This document shows, in pieces, positions 12,601 through 26,329 of a stretch of DNA of 64,000 nt. Location of the stretch: positions 11,098,001 to 11,162,000 of the forward strand of contig OX597836.1 in the NCBI GenBank assembly GCA_951406725.2, written 5' to 3'. How positions within the stretch are numbered: position 1 is the first letter of the stretch; the number at the start of each line of letters is the position of its first letter. Position numbers and translations under genes: made by a program. Below the pieces are notes generated by a model. That model saw only the letters and a list, made by a program, of their open reading frames with translations, did no database searches and had not been told where the DNA came from. The stretch comes from Octopus vulgaris (lineage: Eukaryota).

Positions 12601-12836
12601 ATTTTTCCCACTGCAAACCCCTGTGAAAATGGCTTTTTGCAAGTCAAATATGCCCCAAGAATATTTGAACTGATCTCAAACCGTATTGACTCGTAACCAG
12701 TAGTAAATCGCGTTTAGTTACATCACAAGAATTATCGTATTTTCTCATGTATTAATATAGTACTACATGTGTTTTTCATTTACAGTTAAGTGTAAAATTT
12801 TAAAGCAGCGAAACTTATGCAAGGGTAAATATAGTA

Positions 12837-12905
<69 letters not shown>

Positions 12906-12989
12906 AAACATACATGGCCCTACTAGTAGTCTAGAACTCACTTTGATGGCATGCACTGCTCTCTCATTCAATAATAATAATGATACTTT

Positions 12990-13375
12990 CTACAGGAAGT
13001 TCAAGGCCTGAAATTTGGGGCAAGTGATTAAGTCGATTGCATCAATCCCAGTTACCTGCTTTAATCGACCCCAAAGGGATGAAAGGCAAAGTCGACCCCG
13101 GCGGAATTTGAACTCAGAACGTAGCGGCAGACGAAATAGCGAACAAAAGACAGACGAAATGCCGCTAAGCGTTTTGCCCGACGTGCTAACGATTCCGCCC
13201 CCTCATCGCCTTTCAATAATAATGATAATAATAATAATACTAATAATTCCTTCTACTATAGACACAATGCATGAAATTAGGGGGAGGGGACAAGTCGATT
13301 ACATCGACTCTGGTGTATCACTGGTACTTAATTTATCGACCCCGAAAGGTCGATGAAAGACGAAGTCGACTTCAA
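12990..13375 (-). mobile_element. SINE family B variant copies (two adjacent, partial)
   Basis: ATCGACCCC..AGGATGAAAGGCAAAGTCGACC..GGCGGAATTTGAACTCAGAACG and a second partial at 13250-13375. Confidence 0.85.
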
Positions 13376-13982
13376 TTTTTATTATTTCGTGGGGTCGATA
13401 CACGGCCCCTGAAATGACGAACACGTCGCAAGTAGTAATAATAAGCACGTTTGGAAATCCATTCGAAAATTGGATGCCTTTGAAAACGAAAAATGACATG
13501 GTTACAGTTGGAACATTTTTGATCAGAAATGTGCTCGTTTAGCGCTAACCTTGCGATAAATAACGAAACAAAAATTCAAACCAAAAAATATTAAAAAAAC
13601 TATCATAAAATATATCAATCATTTCCATGAAAGCTCCGGGTTTTTTTTGTAGCCGTATAAAATGCGAAAGCTACAAGGATCATTTCACGCAAACTAATAA
13701 AAATTCACTGCAACGGAACGTTATAATTCCTTGTTGGATTCTTTTAAAATAAGCTCAAGCTTTTAATTGATATTTTAGAAGCGTTCTTCTCTTCCATTAA
13801 CATTTGCATAAAGACCTTGAGCGCAGGTATGGCTGACTGGGCGAAATGTTGGTTTCGCAGCAATGGAGTTCTGGGATCGATCTCACATTACGTCGCTTGG
13901 AACAAATACGTTTTTTTTTTTTGAAGTCAGGCAGATGGGGTGGAAACAATGCTCACGCGCGTATTGTACATATGTATGTATG

Positions 13983-14052
<70 letters not shown>

Positions 14053-14109
14053 TGTAATGTGTATATGTAATACATATAATGTATATGCGCATATGTATAT
14101 GTCATGTAC

Positions 14110-14395
14110 GGAAGCGCAATGGCCCAGTGGTTAGGGCAGCGGGCTCGCGGTCGGAGGAGCGCGGTTTCGATTCCCAGACCGGACGCTGTGTGTGTTTATT
14201 GAGCGAAAGCACCTAAAAGCTCCACGAGGCTCCGGCAAGGAGTGGTGGCGACAACTTTCTCTCACTCTCTCTTCCTGTTACTCGAGTAACGCTGCGATGG
14301 ACTGGCGTCCTGTCCAGCTGGGGAGAACACATATACCACAGAAACCGGGAAACCGGGCCCTTGAATCTGGCTAGGCTTCAAAAGGGCGATATTTA
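14110..14395 (+). mobile_element. tRNA-derived SINE family C
   Basis: A-box TGGCCCAGTGG, B-box GGTTTCGATTCCC, internal GCTGCGATGGACTGGCGTCCTGTCCAG (V-SINE-like). The same body occurs at 44414-44672. Confidence 0.85.
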
Positions 14396-14461
14396 TCGTT
14401 TTATATGTCATGTATATATGTATGCATGTATCACATATGATGTATGTAAGCGCATGTAAGG

Positions 14462-14672
14462 AGGCGAGCTTGCAGACACGTTAGCACGCCGGGCGAAATG
14501 CTTAGTGTATTTCGTCTGTCTTTACGCTCTGAGTTCAAATTCCGCTGAGGTTGACTTGGCCTTTCATCCTTTCGGGGTCGATTAAATAAGTACCAGTTGC
14601 GTAATGGGGTCGATCTAATCAACTGGCCGCTTCCCCAAAAATTTCAGGCCTTGTGGCTAGAGCGGAAAAGAG
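14462..14672 (+). mobile_element. SINE family B variant
   Basis: AGGCGAGCTTGCAGACACGTTAGCACGCCGGGCGAAATG...GAGTTCAAATTCCGC...CCTTTCATCCTTTCGGGGTCG. Confidence 0.85.
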
Positions 14673-14924
14673 TATGTAAGCGCATGTTTACTCTTTAACT
14701 ACATTGGTCTGGATTCAATTTTAGTAGGTGACACCTTGGAAAAGTGTCTTCTACAACAGCGTCAGGCTGACCAAAGCCTTGTGAGTGGATTTAGTTGGGG
14801 AATCTGAAAGACAGTCGTATATATATATATATATATATCTGTTTGTTTTGTTATCTTTCGAATGATGCCACCACGCTGGTTAGGCAAGTAGACCAACTTT
14901 CCCCACTTATCGGAAGATTAATCC

Positions 14925-15091
14925 GTCGCGGGAGTTGCCCACTGATTGTTGAGTGTACTGCAACATAGTGAAACGAAGTGTTCCGTTTTGGACAAGAACA
15001 CAACGTACCACTCGGCCAGGGCTCGGGGAATCGAACCCACGATCTTTCGATCGAGCGCACAACTCCCTAACCACTACACCACGCGCCTTCC
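14925..15091 (-). mobile_element. tRNA-derived SINE head (family C-related)
   Basis: Minus strand GGAAGGCGCGTGGTGTAGTGGTTAGGG...GGTTCGATTCCCC. Confidence 0.7.
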
Positions 15092-15524
15092 ACATACAAG
15101 CAAAAAAAAAACAAAAAAAAAATACAATAAAATAAACCAACGATTACGAGATAAACAGACCGGATATTAATTAGGTTTGTAGTCAGAAATGAGAAGGAGC
15201 TGCCTGGTGTAGTAGAACGAGTAAATACGTTAAACAGCGATGTAGTGTTGTTTATTTACAGATTTGAATGTCGCACAATGACGTTGGTCAATCGAAGTCA
15301 TATACTGCAAAAAAGTCTGATAGTTTAGCGCACAATACAGTTAAAAAAAACAAGAACAGGATATGTTTTTACTATTTCAATTAAGAACCAGTTAATCAAT
15401 GAACAAAATAAAGTGGAATGATTAAAACATATTGATTAGGCTCGAAATCAATAGTTTTTGCTTGGGATGGTTTGTAGCCAAATGGATCGTTCCGCAGTAA
15501 TGTTCTCTTATTGCTTTGTTACTC

Positions 15525-15745
15525 TCTCTTTTACTTGTTTCAGTCCCATTTGACTGCGGCCATGCTGGAGCACCGCCTTTTTTAAGTCGAGCAAATCGAA
15601 CCCCAGGACTTTTATTCTTTGTAAGCCTAGCAGTTATTCCATCGGGCTTCTTTTGCCGAACCGCTAAGTTACGGGGACGTAAACACAGCAGCGTCGGTTG
15701 TCAAGCGATGCTGGGGGAACAAACAGAGAGACACAAACAGACACA
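15525..15745 (-). mobile_element. SINE family A, 3' half
   Basis: TTACTTGTTTCAGTC..TTTGACTGCGGCCATGCTGGAGCACCGCC...GCCGAACCGCTAAG. Confidence 0.85.
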
Positions 15746-15767
15746 CACACACACACACACACAAACA

Positions 15768-15822
<55 letters not shown>

Positions 15823-15871
15823 GTAAATATATATATATATACACATATACATATATATATGTGTGTGTGTG

Positions 15872-15921
<50 letters not shown>

Positions 15922-15930
15922 ATGAGTATA

Positions 15931-16120
15931 TATCGGCACACACACACGTACGCGCCCACGCACGTGTCATTTGTAAAGCACTAACACCGGTGTTCCTTCT
16001 TATCTTCGCACGTTTATATTCTGAAAACATACTCAAACTCAAACAGAAAATTACCGAAGGCAGCATCAACGATACAAAAGTAGCCAAATATTTATCTCTT
16101 CCATATCTAGATAATAATTT
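15931..16120 (+). repeat. About 190 bp dispersed duplication, copy 2 (of 4290-4480)
   Basis: Near-identical to 4290-4480. Confidence 0.9.
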
Positions 16121-16663
16121 CTCTCTCCCTGATTTTACTACGGTTCTCACTGTAAAAATTTGTTTACTCTATAACTCACGTGGATGGAAGCGGGACGAAT
16201 GCAGAGCCTCATTCGTACTTTTTGAATTTGCTGGTACTGGCAGTTGAAGATGGTTTGTCTGAGATTACTCATATCAGACGAGTCTGTTCAATTTTTAGTG
16301 CTGTCAAATTAAAATATAAGAAATGTTGAGCTGACGAAGGAAGTGTTGAGTTTTAAATTCAACTAATCCAGAAACGTAACGTTCTCAAATGATCTTTGTA
16401 CATGTGATAATTTGTTATTTTTCCCTCCATATCTGCGTAAATTAGTTTTGAGTAAACACTATCTGGGAGACTTTTCTTATAGTAGAATAAATAGCTAAAA
16501 AAACTTTTTGGCTGCTATTTCTAAAGGTTTCAATTTGTGGTAAAGTAAATTATTTTACTGAGCCCTAATTATATAACGTTATAATGTTCTTTTAGCATTT
16601 TAGCATTTTCTATTTTGACTTGTTTTTTCATATATATCAACTCGTGTGTTCCTTTTCACCCTT

Positions 16664-16810
<147 letters not shown>

Positions 16811-16817
16811 TACAGAG

Positions 16818-17165
16818 GAGAGATGGAGTGGATGGGAAAGAGTGAGGAATATGGGGAAGGAATGAATATGAGATAGAATTAAAATGATCAATTCTGTGAT
16901 AAACGGCAACCTCTAGACACGGTACCCTTACCAGCAATTAACATAAGAAGGATTCTTTGTGAATAACCATACGGAGAAATAACCATTGTTTAACCATTTC
17001 GACAGCTTCGCACTCTTTCCCGATCGCACTCTTTCTGTCATAACCCAACATACGTGACTATGGATGAGGATAAGCACGGAAACCGAATGGAAGATAGTAA
17101 GTCTGGATCAATTCTAAATAAAGTTAATTCTGTTGTGTAAATATTAGTACATATTTTATTTATCG
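16818..17165 (+). mobile_element. Repeat fragment, probably a Penelope-like terminus; 16818-16920 has an inverted copy at 20959-21063
   Basis: AAAATGATCAATT..GTGATAAACGGCAACCTCTAGA occurs in both orientations. Downstream TGGATGAGG...CGGAAAC and AAATAAA resemble a decayed pLTR. Confidence 0.5.
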
Positions 17166-17676
17166 AAATTCGATTTCTGTTGAAGCTCAGTCGTTCGTTT
17201 CCTTATCAGCAATAATGTATTGTCTTTCTAAGCGCCTCAGTCTTTTTATTATTATTATTATTAATGTCCGGCTATCGGTTTTAAGAGAGCGAGAGAGACA
17301 GAGACAGACGAACAGAGACAGAGACAGACGAACAGAGACAGACAGACAGAGAGAACAATAATTTATTCCAATGGCTGCTTCTTTGTTTACGTACATCAAT
17401 CAGTTCCGACTATATTTGCATTCAGAAAGCAAAATCCAATACATACACTGTTTCTGAACTTTGGCAAAAAGATCATCGGTTGCGTCTGTCTGCAAATGTC
17501 GTCTGTCTGTCTGTATGTATGTATGTATGTACGTCGCTCTGTGAAGTCTGTCCGCGTTTTACGTCGCCGCCGTCGACAACACAAAGAGGAAATTAGCGAT
17601 CCTCTTCGTGGAGCGAAAGAAAAATACACGAATGCGCTTGCAGCTTTTGTTTCGTTGCTAATAAAATGCGCCATTG

Positions 17677-17736
<60 letters not shown>

Positions 17737-17750
17737 GTAAAAGTAATAAT

Positions 17751-17838
<88 letters not shown>

Positions 17839-17852
17839 GTAAAAGTAATAAT

Positions 17853-17937
<85 letters not shown>

Positions 17938-18060
17938 GTAATAATAAGAATAACAATGAAGATCTTAATAATGAAGATGATGATGATGTCAATTATAACG
18001 ATAATAGTAATGATGATAATAGTAATAATGATGATGCTGATGATAATGATGATGATGATG

Positions 18061-18112
<52 letters not shown>

Positions 18113-18505
18113 TAATAATATCCGACAAAATAATAATGGCGGCGATGATAGCAACAACAACAGCAACAACAGTAATAACAACCACAACAAGAATATTAAG
18201 AGTACCAATAAAAATAGTCATAGTGATGATGATGATGATGATGATGTTGCTGCTGCTGCTGCTGGTGGTGGTGATAATGATCATGACGATGATACTGGTA
18301 ACGACACTGATGAAGATGGTAAAAATGATGACGATGATGATAATGGTGATGATGATGATGAGGGGGAGGAGGAGGATGACGATGATGATGATGATGATAG
18401 TGACGATGATGATGATGAGGATGACGATGATGATGATGATGATGATGACGGTGATGATAGTGGCGATGACGGTGATGGTGGTGATGACGACAACGACGAT
18501 GTTGA
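17677..18505. repeat. (AAT)n/(GAT)n trinucleotide array
   Basis: Directly visible; it accounts for the 340-aa N/D-rich ORF. Confidence 0.95.
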
Positions 18506-18955
18506 TTTAGAGAATTGAACACTTTTCTTTTTTTCTTTTTTCTTTTTTTTTCTTTTCGTATTTTTGTCTGTCCTCACCTGGTCATTATTATTTATTATCA
18601 TCAGGATCACTTTTAGCTGCTGAAACTATCAACGCTAACACGAGCAGGAAATCAAACAAAACATAAAATAATTAAATACAGCAAAAAATATCTTTGTTTT
18701 TTTTTTGTATTTTTATTATTATCCTTCTCCCTTTCTGTACAACTGTTGATGTTGATACTAATGCTGCTGCTACTGCTGCTACTGCTGCTACTGCTGCTGG
18801 TATTGGTGTTTGTACAACAGCTATTTCGACTATTTCTCTTGCTGCTACTAATGTCGACAATATGGCGGCTGCTGCGAGAGTTTCCGCCATGTTTTCTTTT
18901 TTAAAAAATTTTTGTCCTGTACTACTAAAAACGTTTGTCTTCTACGCCACACTGC

Positions 18956-19016
<61 letters not shown>

Positions 19017-19482
19017 ATGTGTGTGTTTGTGTGTGTGAAATAGCAACGCATTGGTTACGACGTTTGGAACATGTTTTGATGTGCCGATCAAATAACGGCA
19101 GAAGAACATTATTAATTAAGGACGCTGTAGTTTGCTTTTGAAGCTAATAACTCTGATTCCATTGCTCGGTTTTCATTAGCTTTTCTGATTATTGCTGTTG
19201 ATATATATACATCTAGTCTCTTGTCAATTGTCGTTGCTTTAATCAAATAACAGCAAGTAATTCGACTTTGATTGTTTCCCACACAATCGTCTCTCCTTAA
19301 TTGGTGTTAGATAATAAAAAAAAGAAGAACCGTTCTGGAATGTTCTTGCGTGTAAATTACAGGAACCGCAGTGAAGGGGAAGATATGTTTTGTAATATCA
19401 TTCCTGCCTGTATCTTAGTATGGATGATTTTTCTGTTGAAGGGATGTGAGCTCACGATTGCAGACACGAAATATTTGCTGCT

Positions 19483-19603
19483 CATCATCATCATCATCAT
19501 CATCCTCATCATCATCATCATCATCATCATCATCAACATCATCATCACCACCACCACCACCACCACCACCACCACCACATCATTATCATCATTATCATCA
19601 TCA

Positions 19604-19673
<70 letters not shown>

Positions 19674-19674
19674 C
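19483..19674. repeat. (CAT)n-(CAC)n-(TAT)n compound trinucleotide repeat
   Basis: Directly visible. Confidence 0.95.
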
Positions 19675-20294
19675 ACAATCTCTTCAGGTCGAAGGGAAAA
19701 ACAAAGATATAACTGCATGTCTAAAAGTTTGTGCTTGAATCAATTTATCTAGCTAATTAAGACTATTTCCTCTAACAGATTCTGCTTGTCAGTTTTTTCT
19801 TATCAGGTATTACCGAGGTCGTATCCGTGTGTCGCAAAGGGAAAAGTTTAATTGTTCCACAGAAAATATGCTTGTTAGGTTACATGGCCAACTACACTGA
19901 CCAGATCACAGAAGCTGTCCAGTTTATCCGCGTAGCTGTCTGTCTCCCCACCCACCCCGCGCTTTCTGTCCCTGCTCCTTTTCCCGCTCTCTTTCTCTCT
20001 CTCCCTCTTGCTCCCTCTCTCTCTCTCTCTCTTTCTTTTGCTCTTACGCATACACACACAAACACACACATACACGCTCAGAAGACGGCATGGAAGCTGA
20101 CTGTCCTTAAAACATCTTCTAGATAATGAAGGCAAACTTTAGTTCTGGATGCACCAAAGTGTTGTGAGAGAAATTTCATACCCTGAAGTATGTCAGTGAG
20201 ACCATTCCAATTCTTAGTTTGGTTTATAAATAGTGCATTTGACCGAGCAGCATACTCTATGCATTAAAGCAGACGTATATATTTTCATAATTAT

Positions 20295-20655
20295 TTTAGC
20301 CATTTGACTGTGGCCATATTGTGGTACTACCACGAAGAGTCTTGTTGGACAAATCGACCCCAATACTTATTTTTAAGCCTGGCATTAATTCGACCGATCT
20401 CTTTTGCCGAAACACTAAGCTACATGGCTATAAGCAAACCTACACCGGTTCCGGAGCAGTGGTAGAAGACACAAAACAGATGCACACAGATTTGAATACG
20501 GGCTTCTACACAGTTTCCGGTGACCAAATACACTCATAAACAACTTGGTCGGAAGAAAGGTACAAGAAGTCATTTACCTACGTCAACGGTCCGTGCTGTA
20601 GAACCGAACCCGATAGCATGCGGTTGCGAAGTGAGCTAGTTAACCACTCAGCCAA
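20295..20655 (-). mobile_element. SINE family A, old diverged copy
   Basis: CATTTGACTGTGGCCAT...AAATCGACCCC...CTTTTGCCGAA...CAGTTTCCG...GAACCGAACCC...TAACCAC. Confidence 0.7.
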
Positions 20656-21069
20656 CCACGTTTCTAATGTGAAATACGAGCTTTACATAAATAAATTTGC
20701 GACAAAATTTGGGCCAAACTGTCGCAAAGAAGGATTGAAACAGCTACCCCAGATATTACCCTCGTATTCACCGCATTTCTATACTGCTTACTCCAGTCAA
20801 TTGAAATGTTAAATCTACGAGAATATTCTCATACGCCACCCGGTGTATGTGTCAAGCTGGTTAAAAACACAACTTTTACACATAAAATGATACATAAACA
20901 TTTTTTTCTGCCACATTAAACACGATATGATTGATGTTTAATAACGTAACTTTATCATGTATCTAGAGGTTGCCGTTTATCACGCAATTGATCATTTTAA
21001 TACGATCTCGTTCTCATTCCTCCCCCAAGTTCCTCTCTCTTTCCCATCCACAACATCTCTCTCCCTTTT

Positions 21070-21117
21070 TGTGTGTATATATATATATATTTACATAAAC
21101 ACACACATATATTTTAC

Positions 21118-21163
<46 letters not shown>

Positions 21164-21190
21164 ATATACACGCACACATATATAAGCATA

Positions 21191-21229
<39 letters not shown>

Positions 21230-21264
21230 TTTATATAAATGTATAAATATATATTTATATATAC

Positions 21265-21301
<37 letters not shown>

Positions 21302-21356
21302 TAGACAGATATATAATTATATACTATATATATATATATATGTATATATACGTAAG

Positions 21357-21398
<42 letters not shown>

Positions 21399-21419
21399 AA
21401 TATATACATACATAAATAT

Positions 21420-21477
<58 letters not shown>

Positions 21478-21599
21478 GTGTTCCTGTACAGGCACTCAAC
21501 GCAAACAATCGTTTGGATACACGTACACATATATTCATATGCATTTCGAGTGTCTAACCAGTAATTTTTTTTTGTTAGTGAATTATTATAAACACTATA

Positions 21600-21667
<68 letters not shown>

Positions 21668-21675
21668 TAATAATG

Positions 21676-21709
<34 letters not shown>

Positions 21710-21722
21710 CAACAACAATAAT
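21070..21722. repeat. (TA)n-rich tract followed by (AAT)n
   Basis: Directly visible. Confidence 0.9.
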
Positions 21723-22054
21723 AAGTAAGAAAAAGTATGTTTTTCATAGTCATTGAGTTCTCGGCTGAAAATTGTTTGCGCAAGAAATATTTTTTCTATT
21801 GTAGCTTAAAGAGATTTTACTCCCGTTTATTTTTCATATCATTATGCTCAATTTATTATTATGGTCAAATTATTTTAACCAGAGAATGCTGCAGTGTTTG
21901 AATTTTACGAGCTTTCTGCTGCTATCTATATTCCGCGTATCACAGATCTATCGATGGCTTACTCGGGAGAACGTCTGCTTGTGCGCCATTCATCTACTGA
22001 TCTAGCCCTCCGATGACGGCTGCTCTGTGCTTTCTCCAAAAACTGCCATGAATA

Positions 22055-22290
22055 TTACTAGTTGTCAGCTTCAATCAAGAGCTCCTCTCATCGGGATAAT
22101 AATAATAATATTTATATAATTTTAAATATATATATATAGTTGAATAAAATTTAAGTAAAATCTACTGCTGTTACTATTAATAGTTGTCGGCTTCAAAAAG
22201 AAAGCAGCTACTCTCATCGGGATAATAATAATAATAATATTTATATAATTTTAAATATATATACACAGTTGAATAAAATTTGAGTGAAAA
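22055..22290. repeat. Tandem duplication of a unit of about 125 bp
   Basis: TAGTTGTC.GCTTCAA...CTCTCATCGGGATAATAAT...TTGAATAAAATTT occurs twice. Confidence 0.85.
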
Positions 22291-22766
22291 ATATTTCAAT
22301 ATGCTATACAAAGCCCGTCCACTGATTTGGGTATTCGTTCTTGTTGTATAAAGCGAAATAAGAGTCTGATAATACGAAGGACTTATTCAAAATACTCAGC
22401 TGAAGACATACACTGTTTACACGTTTGATAGATACCTTTCAGGGATAACTTTGATGGTAGTCATTACGTAATATGGTGATTATATCATCTCACCAACGTA
22501 CTAACGGTGTGACGACGTGTGATAGCGATTATAGTGACTGGAAATAAAGAGTGTTAATCCATTTTCTCTATGTCTTATATATATATATATATATATATAT
22601 ATAATGTATGTATGCCTAGTACTTATTCTATCAGTTCTTTTGGCGAACCGCTTCGTTACGGGAACATAAGCATATTAATATCGGTTGTCAAGCGATCATG
22701 GGGGAAACACAGAAACAAATACACACACTCACATATATATATACAACGGGCTTCTTTCAGTTTCTG

Positions 22767-23115
<349 letters not shown>

Positions 23116-23232
23116 TGAGAGGTAATGGTGTGAATAAGACCCTAAGTGCTATGGACAAATCATAGTTAAGCTCCATGTTCGGTGATTATGCGAAAAAGGA
23201 GTCCAACGTAGGTAATAAATCAGCATTTGTGT

Positions 23233-23707
23233 ATATATAAAACAAAAAATTAACAGAATGAGATAAAAATCCAAGGCTGTGAAAGATTTTAGAACATTTA
23301 TGAATAGAAGGCCTTACAGCTGTTTCCGGGAAATTTGTATACCCCTTTATCGGAGACGGTGTGCGAAAATGGTTAAGCAATAGTTAATTTAGACAAGAAA
23401 TAGAGATTGAAGTGGAGGAATGAAAATAGATCTGAGATATATAGGGATATTGCATCTGTAGATCCATTATTTAGGCAGAATGGTATACATATAAGATTCC
23501 ATATATCTCACATCGATTTTCATTCCTCCATTTCACTCTCTATTTCATATATTATCTAAATTAACTATAGCTTAACCATTATCTCACACCGTCTCCGATG
23601 AAGGTATATATAAAATATCCCGGAAACAGCTGTAAGGCTCTAATGTTCTAAAATCTTTCACAGCCTGGATTTTTATCTCATTCTGAAAATTTTTTTTATA
23701 TATATAT
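23233..23707. mobile_element. Long palindrome (arms about 230 bp) of inverted Penelope-like termini
   Basis: Arms 23233-23468 and 23479-23707 are reverse complements. Each carries a hammerhead-like GTCT-CCGAT(G/A)A-AGG...CC-GGAAACAGCTGTA-AGGC. Confidence 0.75.
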
Positions 23708-24290
23708 GTTTTCGGTACGAATGGTTTTGTTATACGGTTTCGTGTTTTACAATCATGTAAATGATATATATATATATAATCTTAAAGCATATGGCGATCA
23801 GCGTGCAATGACTAAGGAAAATAATCTAATAAAGGGGCATTTAAGCCCACGACGTTGGATGTGAGTTCGAGTCCCACGCGGATCGGAAAGACTTCTTTTT
23901 TTCTGTTGAGGGCTTATATGCCCTTTTATTAGACTATTTTCCTTAGTCATTGTACGGTGATCGCCATAACCATTAACCTTATATAAAAATACCATTATTA
24001 GTATTTACTGGATTGTAAACTCGGCACCGTATAGAAAACCATTCGCACCGAAAGCATATAGAAAGTTTGTTTACATAAAACAAATAAGAACTTATATAGT
24101 TCTTAAATTTGGCAGGAAGAGGGAGGCTAATTCACTGGCGTTAACAAAGAAATGTGGGTTCGAGTCCCACGCGGATATGAAAGCATTTTTATGTCTCTCG
24201 AGGGCTTATATACCCCTTTATTAGACTATTTTCCTTAGCCATTGTACGGTGATCGTCATAAGCCTTAACCTTATATCAGTACCATGTATA
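23705..24290. repeat. Fold-back element with a tRNA B-box-like sequence in the loop, plus a partial tandem copy
   Basis: Inverted arms at about 23705-23850 and 23910-24060; loop contains GAGTTCGAGTCCCACGCGGAT; 24155-24280 repeats 23860-23985. Confidence 0.75.
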
Positions 24291-24590
24291 TATAGAAGTA
24301 TATATATATATATATTTTTTATATATGTGCAAAGTCGTATATATATAGAGAGAGAGCGAGGGAAAGAGAGTGAGAGGGGAAATTCATACGGATATAAAGC
24401 TGTGGTTATGTCAGCGTGCATATGTCATATATATGTATATATATTTGTGGGTGTCTTGTGTATGTGTGTGTGTGTGTATTTGTATGCTGTATACAAATGC
24501 ATATAAAAATACGTACCGTCCAAGCAAGAATGTACACTTCAAAGCGTCAACCTACACCTATACATATACAAACACACAATATAAATATAA

Positions 24591-24630
<40 letters not shown>

Positions 24631-25159
24631 TATACCGTAATACGTCCTTTCCTTCTCGTTTTTCCAGCTGCTTTGTATTTTTTATCTCCCTTTGTCTTCC
24701 TTCCTCCATCTTTCTCTCTCCCTTTCTGTTCATATCTGTATCTCGCCCTTTTATAAATATCCTTCAAATACCATTCAAATAACCTACTGATTGAGCTGCC
24801 ATTCACCTTTGTTCATGTGTTTAATCTACTATTATATTATGTTCTCAGTTTCTTCTTTTTTTATATATACATTCACACACACACACATATATATATATAT
24901 TCACATACATATATATATTTATGTGTGTGTGTGTTTATAGGTGTATGTATGTGTTTTTCACGATAACAGTGTCGTTTTTATTGTCAAGTTGAATATTTAG
25001 CTGTTAATTTCTGCACAATTGAATCGCTTTGCAAGTGATGCATGTTAAACGGCATCGAGCGGGAGAATTGAAAGCCATATTGGGAACAAATGTCTTAATG
25101 GTTGCAGGTAGAGAGAGACAGAGAAAGAGAACGGGAGGAAGCGGGAGAGGAGGGAGAAA

Positions 25160-25201
<42 letters not shown>

Positions 25202-25287
25202 ATGAAAGAAAGAGAGAAAGGCGAAACAGTGAAAGAGAAACAATGTAGATAATGCTTTGGGTATACAATAAAGAAACTATGAAACTG

Positions 25288-25356
25288 TTATATATATATA
25301 TATATATATATAAATGTATATAACAGTTTTATAGTTTCTTGTATGTATTCATACAC

Positions 25357-25391
<35 letters not shown>

Positions 25392-25415
25392 TATACTTTA
25401 TACATAGATATATAC

Positions 25416-25461
<46 letters not shown>

Positions 25462-25672
25462 GTACATATATATATATGTGCATGTGTGTATATATGTCTG
25501 TGTGTGTGTTCCCGTTTGTGTGTCTTTGTGTATGTTTGTGTGCGTGTATGCACATACGTACTTAGATATATATACATACAAAGATGTATATATATATATA
25601 TATATATATACGTACATACATATATATATATGTATATATGTATATATATATACATACATCCATAAATATATA

Positions 25673-25714
<42 letters not shown>

Positions 25715-25715
25715 G
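25288..25715. repeat. (TA)n-rich compound microsatellite
   Basis: Directly visible. Confidence 0.9.
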
Positions 25716-26329
25716 TATATTGGGAGATATTTATCCGGTCACTCGTGAAATTCGTGAAAGGTGTGAAAGTTATCAGTTTGGTTTTAAAGATAAACGATAC
25801 AGTCGATATTCGCCATTACTTTCAATACCAGAACAACATTTGAAAAGCTCATTTAAAAGTCGATGCTAAAAGTTTTAACAAAATCTGCTGATATAATGAA
25901 CATGCGAAGTGGTAGAAATAGTTAACGAATCGAGAGATAGATAAAGAGAGAGAGAGAGATTTTAACACACACGCTCATCCAGATTAATTGTTGTATAAGT
26001 ATTAACATAACTGTGTATATACGCCTACTATAGGTATTATGTTTCCTTGGGTCACCTCTTATCCAGGAGACCTGTGTTGAAAGATCGATATCCTAGCCAA
26101 GACCATCTATTTTATTCAGATATGATATGATTTCCATATTATATTCTCCCTTTAAGACTGTATTACTTCCCTTTGAGATTCGGGGGATGTAGTTATTATT
26201 TTTAAGATATGAGTTGTTCGTATCTTTTCCAATGTTATTAACAGTCCAAGTAATGGACTATATTCATACCTAGAAAGAAATAATGGATTTAAAACCATTT
26301 TGTTGCTGTTGGTCACAAGCGACCATCAA

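Noticed and set aside
17496-18518. 340-aa N/D-rich ORF
   Set aside because: It is open only because (AAT)n/(GAT)n lacks stops in that frame. Overlapping frames are also open and there is no domain.
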